From: Terracidiphilus sp.
Lineage (GTDB): Bacteria > Acidobacteriota > Terriglobia > Terriglobales > Acidobacteriaceae
Direction of reading: 5' to 3'
Assembly: GCA_050013735.1 (NCBI GenBank)
Contig: JBEKEQ010000002.1
Coordinates: 11,834 to 75,833 of the forward strand
Length of the DNA stretch: 64,000 bases
The translations under genes were made by a program, and so were the position numbers. Shown here piece after piece: positions 54,951 through 63,584 of this stretch. The notes below the pieces were generated by a model that saw only the letters and a program-made list of their open reading frames with translations, ran no database searches and was not told the origin of the DNA. How positions within the stretch are numbered: the stretch's first letter is position 1; every line of letters starts with the position of its first letter.

Positions 54951-56069
54951 ATGGGAGACCGAATGAAGGCGCGTGATCGAGTCAGCAAGTCTTTGAACCG
55001 GCAGCAGCCGGATCGTTGCCCGATGCAGATCAGTTTTACCCCGGAGTTTGCGCTAAGGCTGCGCGCGGATATGCATCTCACCGGTCAATCCGCGCATAAC
55101 CCGCACGGCGGCGGCAACACCTACGAGTTGGAACGCGCGCTGGGCCAGGATTTACTGCTAACTTCGGTGGGCTGGGCTAACTCCTATTACGCCAACGAGA
55201 GTTATGGCGGCGGCGAGAGTTACACCGACGAATGGGGAGTCGGATGGAAAAACGCCCCCTACATGACCAATTATGGGCCCGGATTCTACACCGACATCGT
55301 CGGCCATCCTCTGGCGGATGCTCATGCGCTCGATTCCTACCATCCGCCCGATCCGCACCGGCCGGAGTTATACAAGGAGGCTGAGCGACTGATCGCTTTG
55401 CACAAGGACGAATACTGGATCGTTGGCGTCACCGTGACGACGATCTTCGAAACTGCGTGGGCGCTGCGCGGATTTGAGCAGATGCTAATGGATTTTAGTG
55501 AAGATCCAGGACTGGCAGACGCGATTCTCGAAATCCCGTTCCGCTATCATCTTGCCGCGGCCAAACGGTTGGTGGAGATGGGCGTCGACATGATCTGGAC
55601 CGGGGACGATGTGGGCACGCAGCAGGGCATGCTTATTTCGCCGCGCACCTGGCAGCGATTTTTCAAGCCGCGCATGGCTGAGTTTATCGCAGCGTTGAAG
55701 GGCATCAACCCGCAGGTGAAGGTGGCCTACCACTCCGACGGAAACATCGAGCGCATCCTTCCCGAGATGATTGAGATCGGGCTCGACATACTGAATCCGG
55801 TGCAGCCGGCGAGCATGGACCCCGCCAAACTGAAGCGGCTATACGGAGACCGGCTATGCTTCTGGGGCACCATTGACGAACAGCACACGCTACCCTTCGG
55901 TACGCCGGAACAGGTGCGCGCACAAGTGCTGGAGCGGATTGAAACCGTTGGCTATGACGGCGGGTTGATCCTTGCTCCGACCCATCATGTGCAGTTAGAC
56001 ACGCCGCCTGAAAACTTCTGGGCGATGGTTCACGCGATCACGGGCAACGAAGAGCTGAGGGCTGGGTAA
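54951..56069 (+). CDS. Uroporphyrinogen decarboxylase (URO-D) superfamily protein, non-HemE subgroup (paralog 2)
   Basis: ..WTGDDVGTQQGMLISPRTWQRFFKP.., ..VAYHSDGNI.., ..LDILNPVQ.. and ..DTPPENFWAM.. parallel 50834-51928. An alternative start is the ATG at 54963. Confidence 0.75.
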   Translation: MGDRMKARDRVSKSLNRQQPDRCPMQISFTPEFALRLRADMHLTGQSAHNPHGGGNTYELERALGQDLLLTSVGWANSYYANESYGGGESYTDEWGVGWKNAPYMTNYGPGFYTDIVGHPLADAHALDSYHPPDPHRPELYKEAERLIALHKDEYWIVGVTVTTIFETAWALRGFEQMLMDFSEDPGLADAILEIPFRYHLAAAKRLVEMGVDMIWTGDDVGTQQGMLISPRTWQRFFKPRMAEFIAALKGINPQVKVAYHSDGNIERILPEMIEIGLDILNPVQPASMDPAKLKRLYGDRLCFWGTIDEQHTLPFGTPEQVRAQVLERIETVGYDGGLILAPTHHVQLDTPPENFWAMVHAITGNEELRAG

Positions 56070-56093
56070 AGGCGCGCGAGAGCCAGGGCGACA

Positions 56094-58904
56094 TTATTTC
56101 GGATGCGCACTGAGCTTGTCGAGTACATGCTTCAAATCGTCAAGCTTCTGCCCGGCTTCCGCCAGTTTGCCTTCTGAGGTGAGCCGCTGATAATCGGAAA
56201 AGTCTTTGCCTGCCTGCCCGATGAGAGAGTCAAGACTTTGCGCGGGTTGCGGTAACGCTCCTGGTTCCGCTGCGGCATGCGGAGTTTCGCTTGCGCTCAA
56301 TGACGAAGATTCAGTTCCAAAGAGCGAGGCGAGCGCAGCCTCGAATGTTGGTGCGTAGGCCAGGCGATCCTGGAGCGCCAGCACAACCAGACGCAGCTCC
56401 GGCATTGGGCTGCGTTCAGCCTGCAGGTAAATGGGCTCCGCGTAAAGCAGTGCTTTGCCGCAGGGAATCACAAGCAAACTGCCGCGGCGCACGTGGGAGC
56501 CTTGCTGATTCCACAGCGTGAGTTGCCCTGAAAGCTGCGCGTTCTGATCGATCCGCGCTTCAATCTGTTGTGGTCCGTCAACAAGCTTGGTCTTGGGAAA
56601 GTCATAGACAACGGATGTGCCATAATGCGCCCCGTCACTTCGGGCGGCAATCCAGCCGATAAGATTGTTGCGGTTGGCCGGCGTGAAAGGAAGAATCTCA
56701 ACAAACTCCAGGCCGGTTTCTCCGGGGAGTTTCATCAGCACAAAGTTAGGTTGCATCGGCTGAGTGGCTTGCTCACCACCTTCGGACGTGCCGGTTTCCG
56801 TGGCCACTGTCCATAAGTCTTCGCGGTTATAGAAGACTTCAGGATTAGTCATGTGATAAAGGCCGTAGACTTCAGCCTGCAAACTCAGCAATAACTCTGG
56901 GTAACGCACATGCTTTTGCAGCCACGCGGGCATCTCCGCCTTGTCTTTGAACAACGAAGGGAAAATGCCGCGATAGGCAGCCAATATTGGGTCTTCGCTG
57001 TCGAAGACATAGAAGGTCGTCGCGCCATTGTAGGCATCGACGACCACTTTGACGCTGTTGCGCATGTAATTGATGGGCTCATTGCCCAGAGTGTGATGCG
57101 CGGAGTAAGGATAACTGTCGGATGAAGTGAACGCATCGATCACCCAGGAGAGGCGGCCATCGTCGCCGACCACGATGTAAGGATCCTGATCGAAAGCAAG
57201 GAATGGCGCAAGAGCGGCCACCCGCTCGCGCACGTTGCGGCGCATCAGCAGCCGGCTGCCGGCGTTAACGTCGTCGCTAAAGGGCACCTTGGCAATGTCG
57301 CCGCGGTCGAACGCGATCAAAACACGGCGCAAAAAACCGCCGAGCTCGATGCCGCCGCTGCCCTCATAGGTGGCGAGATTGTTCGTCTGGCCTTCAGGAT
57401 AGTTGAATTCCTGCTGCCGCGTCTTCACATAGACGTCGGTGTCGGTCATCTCGCCAAAGTAGATTTCCGGTCGAGTTACCTTGAGTCCGGGGACGGTGCT
57501 CTGGACGGGCATGTTGCTGAGCATCAGCGTGGGCAGGCCTTCGGCCGTGAACCCATTCACCGGGTTCATGGTGATGCCGTAGCCGTGGGTGTAGATGAGC
57601 TTGTCGTTGATCCAGTTACGGCTGCTCTCGGGCAGCTTGTCCACATTGAGCTCGCGCGCGGAGAGCATCACCTCGCGCAAGGCGCCATCGATTTGATAGC
57701 GATCGATGTCGATGCCGGGAAAGTCGTAATAGGTGCGAATCTCCTGGATCTGACGAAGTGTGTCCTTGAGCGCCTGCACGTCCCAGAGGCGGATGTTTTG
57801 AAGAGTGGCCTGGTTATTGGCAGGGTCGGTGGCGCCCACAGTTGTTTCGGCGGGAAACTCGAACCGGGAGAAGCGGTCCAGGCCATACGCCTGGCGTGTC
57901 ATCTCGATGTTGTGCACAATATAAGGCTGTTCGCGAACCAGTTCGTTGGGCTTGACAATGAAGCTGCTCACATACCAGCCCACCACGCCTACCACGACAT
58001 AGCAGACCGCAGCTGGAAGAATCGAAGCGGCGAGCCAGCGGGCGCGCGGTTGCAGTGCGCCTCCAACCAGGGCGATCAAGGCCCCTAGAACGAGAGCCGC
58101 GCAGACGAAAAGCTGGCCTGTCAGCATGACGTGGTCGTCGGTGTAAGTAACTCCCTCAAAGATGGTGTGGTGCTCCAGCAATAAGTCGAACCGGCCGAGA
58201 TAGACGCGCAGGGCAACCACGAGCAAGAGGAATCCGACCGCGAGCGAAAGCCCGCGCAAGGGGAGCTGGATGGCGCGGCTAAAACCTCCTCCGAAAGCGC
58301 GTGAACCCCCGGTGATGACGAGGAAAGCGGCAGCCAGGATGCAGACGAGTATGGCCAAGGTAAAAAGCCAGCCGGCGATCAGATGCCAGGCCGGAAGCGT
58401 AAACAAAAAGAAATTGAGCGGCAGGCCGAAAATGGGATCGGTTACGCCGCCGGAGCCGTGTGGGGCATACCAGAAAAGCGCCAGCGTGGGCCACTCGGCC
58501 TCCATTGCGGCGCCGGTGGCGAGTGCGACCACGATGGAACCGAGAATGGAGGCAACACGCAGTATCGGACCTACCGGCAAGTTGACCGCGTTACCCGCGA
58601 CGTAGATGGTGTGCTCGCCCGGCAGATCGGCGGCGTGGGCGCGCTTGAGACCGGTGAACGCCCCATAAACAATGAGAAATGTTGTGGCCGCAAAAGCTGT
58701 GAAGATGCCCCACTCGAGTCCCCAGGTCTTGAAGAAAACGCTGCCGTAGCCGAGAGACTGGAACCACAGCAGATCAACCCAGTAGGAAAGCGCGGTCCGG
58801 CTGGAGAAGAGGATTGCGGCGATGATGGCTAAAAAAATAAGGAAGGCGCGGCGATGGGGCCGTGCAGGCTGTGTTTTGCGCGGCCAATCAATGGACTCGG
58901 GCAT
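56094..58904 (-). CDS. UPF0182 family large membrane protein (function unknown)
   Basis: The N-terminal multi-TM region contains ..YWVDLLWFQSLGYGSVFFKTWG.., followed by a large soluble part of roughly 650 aa. This is the typical UPF0182 architecture. The start is uncertain: GTG 58943, ATG 58931 or ATG 58904. Confidence 0.8.
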   Translation of the reverse strand: MPESIDWPRKTQPARPHRRAFLIFLAIIAAILFSSRTALSYWVDLLWFQSLGYGSVFFKTWGLEWGIFTAFAATTFLIVYGAFTGLKRAHAADLPGEHTIYVAGNAVNLPVGPILRVASILGSIVVALATGAAMEAEWPTLALFWYAPHGSGGVTDPIFGLPLNFFLFTLPAWHLIAGWLFTLAILVCILAAAFLVITGGSRAFGGGFSRAIQLPLRGLSLAVGFLLLVVALRVYLGRFDLLLEHHTIFEGVTYTDDHVMLTGQLFVCAALVLGALIALVGGALQPRARWLAASILPAAVCYVVVGVVGWYVSSFIVKPNELVREQPYIVHNIEMTRQAYGLDRFSRFEFPAETTVGATDPANNQATLQNIRLWDVQALKDTLRQIQEIRTYYDFPGIDIDRYQIDGALREVMLSARELNVDKLPESSRNWINDKLIYTHGYGITMNPVNGFTAEGLPTLMLSNMPVQSTVPGLKVTRPEIYFGEMTDTDVYVKTRQQEFNYPEGQTNNLATYEGSGGIELGGFLRRVLIAFDRGDIAKVPFSDDVNAGSRLLMRRNVRERVAALAPFLAFDQDPYIVVGDDGRLSWVIDAFTSSDSYPYSAHHTLGNEPINYMRNSVKVVVDAYNGATTFYVFDSEDPILAAYRGIFPSLFKDKAEMPAWLQKHVRYPELLLSLQAEVYGLYHMTNPEVFYNREDLWTVATETGTSEGGEQATQPMQPNFVLMKLPGETGLEFVEILPFTPANRNNLIGWIAARSDGAHYGTSVVYDFPKTKLVDGPQQIEARIDQNAQLSGQLTLWNQQGSHVRRGSLLVIPCGKALLYAEPIYLQAERSPMPELRLVVLALQDRLAYAPTFEAALASLFGTESSSLSASETPHAAAEPGALPQPAQSLDSLIGQAGKDFSDYQRLTSEGKLAEAGQKLDDLKHVLDKLSAHPK

Positions 58905-59058
58905 TTCTCCACCCCACTTTACCGATCTCATGCTGAGATACACAGCGATTCTACGCCGTTTGGTGCGGGAAGACTGTTCCCGCTGCCGCTGTCAGGGCAG
59001 GAGATGCTGGTGGCCGGGGGGACGCTTTGTTGCAAACCATGTATTTTTCCACTTAAAC

Positions 59059-59071
59059 ACAAACTGTTTGT
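59059..59071. promoter_or_regulatory. Palindrome ACAAAC-T-GTTTGT upstream of the GH42-like gene, candidate LacI-family operator
   Basis: It sits about 90 nt upstream of the ATG at 59161, in an AT-rich promoter-like region. A LacI-family regulator gene is at 62505-63584. Confidence 0.3.
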
Positions 59072-59160
59072 TTTGCTATTAGACTCGGCAGACTTACAAT
59101 GCAAAGGAGACCAAACCTCAAGAAAAATAAGATCAGTGGGTACGAAAGGAATATTGGGGA

Positions 59161-61257
59161 ATGACACTGAACCGCAGGGACTTTATCGGCGCAATGATCG
59201 CATCCTCTTCTTTAAAAACACTCGGGGCATCGCTTGCAACAGGCCAGGTGCCTTCATCATCCGCACAGGGCGATTGGCTGAAGGGCGGCATGGTCGATGC
59301 CGGCGGTACGCACGAGCCGTATATCTTTATCGTGCGCCGCGGCGGGCAACGCACTGACCAGCTGGAAATCAGCAGGTACGAACAGAGTGAAGAGCTGATC
59401 AAGAAGCTTCACAGCCAGGGAATCGAGGTCTTCCATACCAGCCTCTACAAAGGCTTTGGCATGGCCGCTGAAAAAGAGGGAATGGAGCGCACACGCGACG
59501 CAGTGGCCGTCGCGCACCGTTACGGCATGAAGGTGGATACCTATGTCCAATGGGGCTCTCTCATGTATGAAACCTTCTTTGCCGAGGAGCCGCGCGCCGA
59601 GCACTGGATTCAACGGGATAGTGTGGGACGGCCGATCATGCTCACCTACGGCTACCAGCAATCCTTCCGTTACATGCCATGTTTTGCCAACCAGGACTAT
59701 CTGGACTATCTCAAGAAAATCATTCGATATGCAATTGTGGACGTGAAAACCGACTTTATTCATCTGGATAACTTCAATCTCGTTGCGGAGCCGGATTCCT
59801 GCCATTGCCCCTGGTGCGTAAACGGCTTCAGGAAATTTTTGAGAACTAAATACACCCCAGCGCAACTGCGAGAGCGGTTTGGTTTTGAAAACATTTCCTT
59901 CGTCAATCCCCCGCAATGGAATAGAAACAACCCGCCGGATAAGATGGAAATCATCTACGACCCGGCATTTCAAGAGTGGATCGATTTCCGCTGCCAGTTG
60001 ATGGCCGATGCGCTGCGGCAAATCTCGGAATATGCCAGGTCCCTCAATCCAGAAGTTGCCATTGAGATCAATCCGGGCGGATTGAGCGGCGAAAACTATA
60101 CCTGGATGGCGGGCGTCGACCATTCCAGGCTTTTGAAATTTACTCAATCCTTTTGGAGCGAAGAAGCCAACCTGCCCGCTCTTCACGACGATGGCCGGCT
60201 GGTTACAAAGATTCGCAGTTTCAAGCTAGCGCGCGCTTATAACAATGTTCTATTGACCAGCGATCTTGCAAGCAATCCGGTAGCACTGGCTGAAACCCTG
60301 GCCTTCAATCAGACCATTGGCTGCGTGGGACTCGACGCTCTGAAGCCGGTAACTCTCAACTACATCGAGTTTTACCGCAAAAACCGCGAGTTATATTTGG
60401 GGAGCGAGGATGTCGCCCCGGTCGCGGTATTCCGTTCCTACGCTTCCCTTACATATCACCAGGCTCATGTGCAATTGAGCGCGGTCCTCACGGAGCAGGC
60501 TCTTATTCAATCGCGAACCCCATTTGTATTGGTCTTCGACGATTTACTCCATAACCTGGACACCTACAAAGTTCTCATCCTCCCCAATACCGAGTGCCTT
60601 TCAGACCAGCAAATATCACTGATCCGCCGCTATGTCGAAGCGGGCGGAGGCTTGGTGGTTACCGAGCAAACGGGACTCTATGACGAGTGGAGACGAGTGC
60701 GCACGCAGCCGGGCCTGGGCGGGTTAGTAGAAGGCCAGCTCTCAGGAACGGAGTATCAGGAAAAGGTCGATTCCCGGTTGAAGGTCACAGCATCGGGAAT
60801 GCGTAAGCAGAGTGGCCGGGGTAGAGTGGCCTATATCCCATCAATCGAATTTGATGGAACGTTGCCGCCGCCCGAGCCGTATTTCACAATCTCAAATCGC
60901 TTCTGGAAGCGCCCAAAAAACTGGAAAGATATCGTGGATGCCGTGTCCTGGGCCGCTGGAGATTCACTTCCTTTTGCCGTCGATGGCCCGGAGTTCCTCG
61001 GCGCAAACTACACATTCCAGCCTCGGAGTCGACGCTATCTCATCCACCTCGTCAATTACAACGCAACCAACGTTCCATCCATCGCGGATATTCAGGTGCG
61101 AGTGTCGCCGCCCCGAAATGAGAAGCCAATTCGGGTCACGCTCTACGCCCCAGACTCGAACAACGCACAGTCACTGGACTTTAGGGGCGATGGTCGCAGC
61201 GCCACATTCACCGTGCCGGAAACGCGAACGTATGCGTTAATTGCAGTTGAGCTGTAA
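59161..61257 (+). CDS. Tat-exported GH42-like (beta-galactosidase-fold) protein with a trimerisation/GATase-like middle domain
   Basis: The Tat signal is MTLNRRDFIGAMIASSSL. ..MPCFANQDYLDYLKKIIRYA..HLDNFN..DSCHCPWCVNGFRKFLRTKYTPAQLRERFG.. matches the GH42 catalytic-domain pattern with its Cys4 zinc site. ..YKVLILPNTECLSDQQISLIRRYVEAGGGLV.. matches the GH42 middle domain. Confidence 0.6.
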   Translation: MTLNRRDFIGAMIASSSLKTLGASLATGQVPSSSAQGDWLKGGMVDAGGTHEPYIFIVRRGGQRTDQLEISRYEQSEELIKKLHSQGIEVFHTSLYKGFGMAAEKEGMERTRDAVAVAHRYGMKVDTYVQWGSLMYETFFAEEPRAEHWIQRDSVGRPIMLTYGYQQSFRYMPCFANQDYLDYLKKIIRYAIVDVKTDFIHLDNFNLVAEPDSCHCPWCVNGFRKFLRTKYTPAQLRERFGFENISFVNPPQWNRNNPPDKMEIIYDPAFQEWIDFRCQLMADALRQISEYARSLNPEVAIEINPGGLSGENYTWMAGVDHSRLLKFTQSFWSEEANLPALHDDGRLVTKIRSFKLARAYNNVLLTSDLASNPVALAETLAFNQTIGCVGLDALKPVTLNYIEFYRKNRELYLGSEDVAPVAVFRSYASLTYHQAHVQLSAVLTEQALIQSRTPFVLVFDDLLHNLDTYKVLILPNTECLSDQQISLIRRYVEAGGGLVVTEQTGLYDEWRRVRTQPGLGGLVEGQLSGTEYQEKVDSRLKVTASGMRKQSGRGRVAYIPSIEFDGTLPPPEPYFTISNRFWKRPKNWKDIVDAVSWAAGDSLPFAVDGPEFLGANYTFQPRSRRYLIHLVNYNATNVPSIADIQVRVSPPRNEKPIRVTLYAPDSNNAQSLDFRGDGRSATFTVPETRTYALIAVEL

Positions 61258-61314
61258 CTCTGGCACATTCATTGAGATTTGCCAGCAAGGGAGGGAAGCG
61301 CAAAGAAAGTCGAG

Positions 61315-62508
61315 TTACAGTTGCAGCCGAATCTTCAGCTTTGTCAAGATCGCCGAGATCGCGATGACTCCGCCGGTGAAGACTACGGCCTGCAGGACGC
61401 CTGGACCTCCATGATTCCATCTCGCAACAAGAACCTCCCGGCCAAAAATGGCAGCGCACAGCGGAGGAAGCAGATAAGTCAGAAGAGTATTCGATCCGGC
61501 AGGCTTAGCGACAATCGCCCAACTTACACGCTTTTTCACATCGCAAAGCCAATACAAGATGAGAAAGGCGCAGATGCTCGCGCCGGAGCAAACAAGGCAC
61601 CAGGTGGGAGTTGCACGCACTTTCGAAATGCCCAGCGGGGTTAATAACCAGCCGGAAACAAACAGCGCGGCCGCGAAGCCAAGTGCCACGATCGTCTTTC
61701 TCTTGCGGCTGATGGCAAACGCATCGGTCAAAAATAGCATTGAAGTCAGCACGCCCGCCATTACGATAGATTGGCCGGCGCCCGATTTGAAAGGCCAAAT
61801 GTACGACGGAGTTTTATAAGTGAAAGTAATCCAGTGCGCCGCGGATACAATATTCAGCGCAGTTAAGCTGATGAACCATGCCACCTGCGCCCATCGCCAG
61901 CGCCGGGTTGGAATATAGAGAATGCAAACGCTCAGATAAGTCCAGCCGATGATTCCCAAAATCTCCCAATAGGAAGTATCGATCCAGGCGACCCGGCCGT
62001 CAGGGGTGAGCCGCCGGAAGATGGCAAACATGGCCACCAGCAGAACCAGCCCGGCAATTTTCAAAACTCTGAAGAGTTTGTGGTAAGGAACTGACTTTGG
62101 GAAGCTGATCCAAAAAAGAATAGCGCCCAACAGCGCTAACAGTGTCCAGGTACTTGCGCGGATGCCCGTCAACTGCGAGTCGACTTTGTCTCTATTTGCC
62201 AGAATCAGTCCCAACACCATCAGTCCCAGGGACCGCATCGCAACGTGCGCCCACAATCCCAACGCGGAGTCGCCTTTTGACACCCTGTGCTCGATTGCCA
62301 TGGGCAGTGACATGCCAACGATAAATAAAAAAAAGGGGAAAACCATGTCGACATACGTCATGCCATTTATGTTTGCCGGCATATGGAGCGTCCACCAGGG
62401 CAGGCCGCTCATCTCTCCGAGCTGGTTCACAAAAATCATGACCAGCATCGTCAAGCCTCTGAAAATGTCGATGGATGCAACTCTGTCCGGCCTGGATGTG
62501 GTTGTCAT
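61315..62508 (-). CDS. DUF5009/DUF1624 family membrane protein (heparan-alpha-glucosaminide N-acetyltransferase-like)
   Basis: ..RVASIDIFRGLTMLVMIFVN.. and ..NGMTYVDMVFPFFLFIVGMS.. are hallmark motifs of this family. It has about 11 TM helices. Confidence 0.8.
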   Translation of the reverse strand: MTTTSRPDRVASIDIFRGLTMLVMIFVNQLGEMSGLPWWTLHMPANINGMTYVDMVFPFFLFIVGMSLPMAIEHRVSKGDSALGLWAHVAMRSLGLMVLGLILANRDKVDSQLTGIRASTWTLLALLGAILFWISFPKSVPYHKLFRVLKIAGLVLLVAMFAIFRRLTPDGRVAWIDTSYWEILGIIGWTYLSVCILYIPTRRWRWAQVAWFISLTALNIVSAAHWITFTYKTPSYIWPFKSGAGQSIVMAGVLTSMLFLTDAFAISRKRKTIVALGFAAALFVSGWLLTPLGISKVRATPTWCLVCSGASICAFLILYWLCDVKKRVSWAIVAKPAGSNTLLTYLLPPLCAAIFGREVLVARWNHGGPGVLQAVVFTGGVIAISAILTKLKIRLQL

Positions 62509-63584
62509 GCACTCGCTGCGCGTGCTGAATCCCGCTCCGGCGTCGCGTCTTCAGGAGCGGGGAGCTGTCTGCACGAATCTCTCTTGATCAACTCTGTCGG
62601 AATTGTGACGCTCTGCGGCGGCAGGGTAGGGTCGGCGATCCGGTTCAGGATCATCTCCGCCATCTGCTTCCCAATTTGCTCGGGAAACGCCCGCAGGGCC
62701 GTCAGTCTTGGAAAGAGCGATGCGCCAAGAATTTCGCTGCAACCCGTAACGCTGATGTCATCGGGAATGCTCAACCCGCTGTCTCGCGCCCCTTTATAAA
62801 CACCTTGCGCCGTTTGATCGCTTCCCGCAATAATAGCCGTGAAAGGCTCATTACGAGTTAGCAGAGACTTAACTCCAAGATATCCGCTTTCGGTGTCGTC
62901 CTCGGTGTCAATGCTGCTCAAAAGCGGCATGAGGCCGGCTTCAACCATCACCCGCCGGTAGCCCTCGAAACACCGCGCAAACCACGGCAGGCGCGTATTC
63001 CCAACAAAGCAAATACGGCGGTGGCCCAGGCCAATCAAATATTGAGCCATATCCTGCCCGCCTTGAATATCGTCGTAATAGACAACATCGCTCTTCACTT
63101 CGCGCGGCGCGCCGATGATGTTATTCCCAAGCACCACGTGCGTAATGCCTTTATGATTCAGTAGTTCCAGCAGATTTGGAGAGTTCGTTCCCGCCAGAAT
63201 CAGCGCTCTCACCACATCCCGACGCTGCACCGTATTGGGCAAATGCAACTCTTTCCACGGAACCTGCGGCAGATAATTGAACGACAGGAACACCATGTCC
63301 CATCCGCGTGCGGCGCAATATGCCTCTGCGCCCAGCAGAATTCTGTAATGGAACGTGTGCATCACCGTGCGATTGCTCAGAAGGAAGGCGAGCGCTTTCG
63401 TCTTATTGCGCTGTGAAAGATCCGTGCCAAGCTTCGCCGCCGCGTCCAGAACAACCTTCTGAAGCGCTGGATCGACGCGGTTGTTTCCATTCAGAACTCT
63501 CGATGCCGTTGCAACACTCACGCCGGCCGCGGAGGCTATTTCACGAAGTCCTAACTTGCTCTTCTTGGGGTTGGTTTTCCTCAT
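62505..63584 (-). CDS. LacI family transcriptional regulator
   Basis: The N-terminal HTH is LREIASAAGVSVATASRVLNGN, followed by a periplasmic-binding-protein-like sugar-binding core. Its stop overlaps the start of the DUF5009 gene. Confidence 0.9.
   Translation of the reverse strand: MRKTNPKKSKLGLREIASAAGVSVATASRVLNGNNRVDPALQKVVLDAAAKLGTDLSQRNKTKALAFLLSNRTVMHTFHYRILLGAEAYCAARGWDMVFLSFNYLPQVPWKELHLPNTVQRRDVVRALILAGTNSPNLLELLNHKGITHVVLGNNIIGAPREVKSDVVYYDDIQGGQDMAQYLIGLGHRRICFVGNTRLPWFARCFEGYRRVMVEAGLMPLLSSIDTEDDTESGYLGVKSLLTRNEPFTAIIAGSDQTAQGVYKGARDSGLSIPDDISVTGCSEILGASLFPRLTALRAFPEQIGKQMAEMILNRIADPTLPPQSVTIPTELIKRDSCRQLPAPEDATPERDSARAASA

Noticed and set aside
50834-56069. One of the three URO-D family genes considered as the genuine haem-biosynthesis hemE.
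   Set aside because: None begins with the HemE-type N-terminal motif (..P.W.MRQAGRY.PEY..). The genes are clustered with a transporter and a Hcy-methyltransferase rather than with haem genes.
59257-60186. A 309-aa minus-strand ORF inside the GH42-like gene.
   Set aside because: The plus-strand frame has the Tat signal, the GH42 CxCxxC zinc motif and the trimerisation-domain motif. The antisense product has no recognisable features.
61261-61275. A sigma-54-like string, TGGCAC-N5-TTGA.
   Set aside because: It lies between two convergent genes with nothing downstream to transcribe on that strand, and the -12 element is TTGA rather than TTGC.
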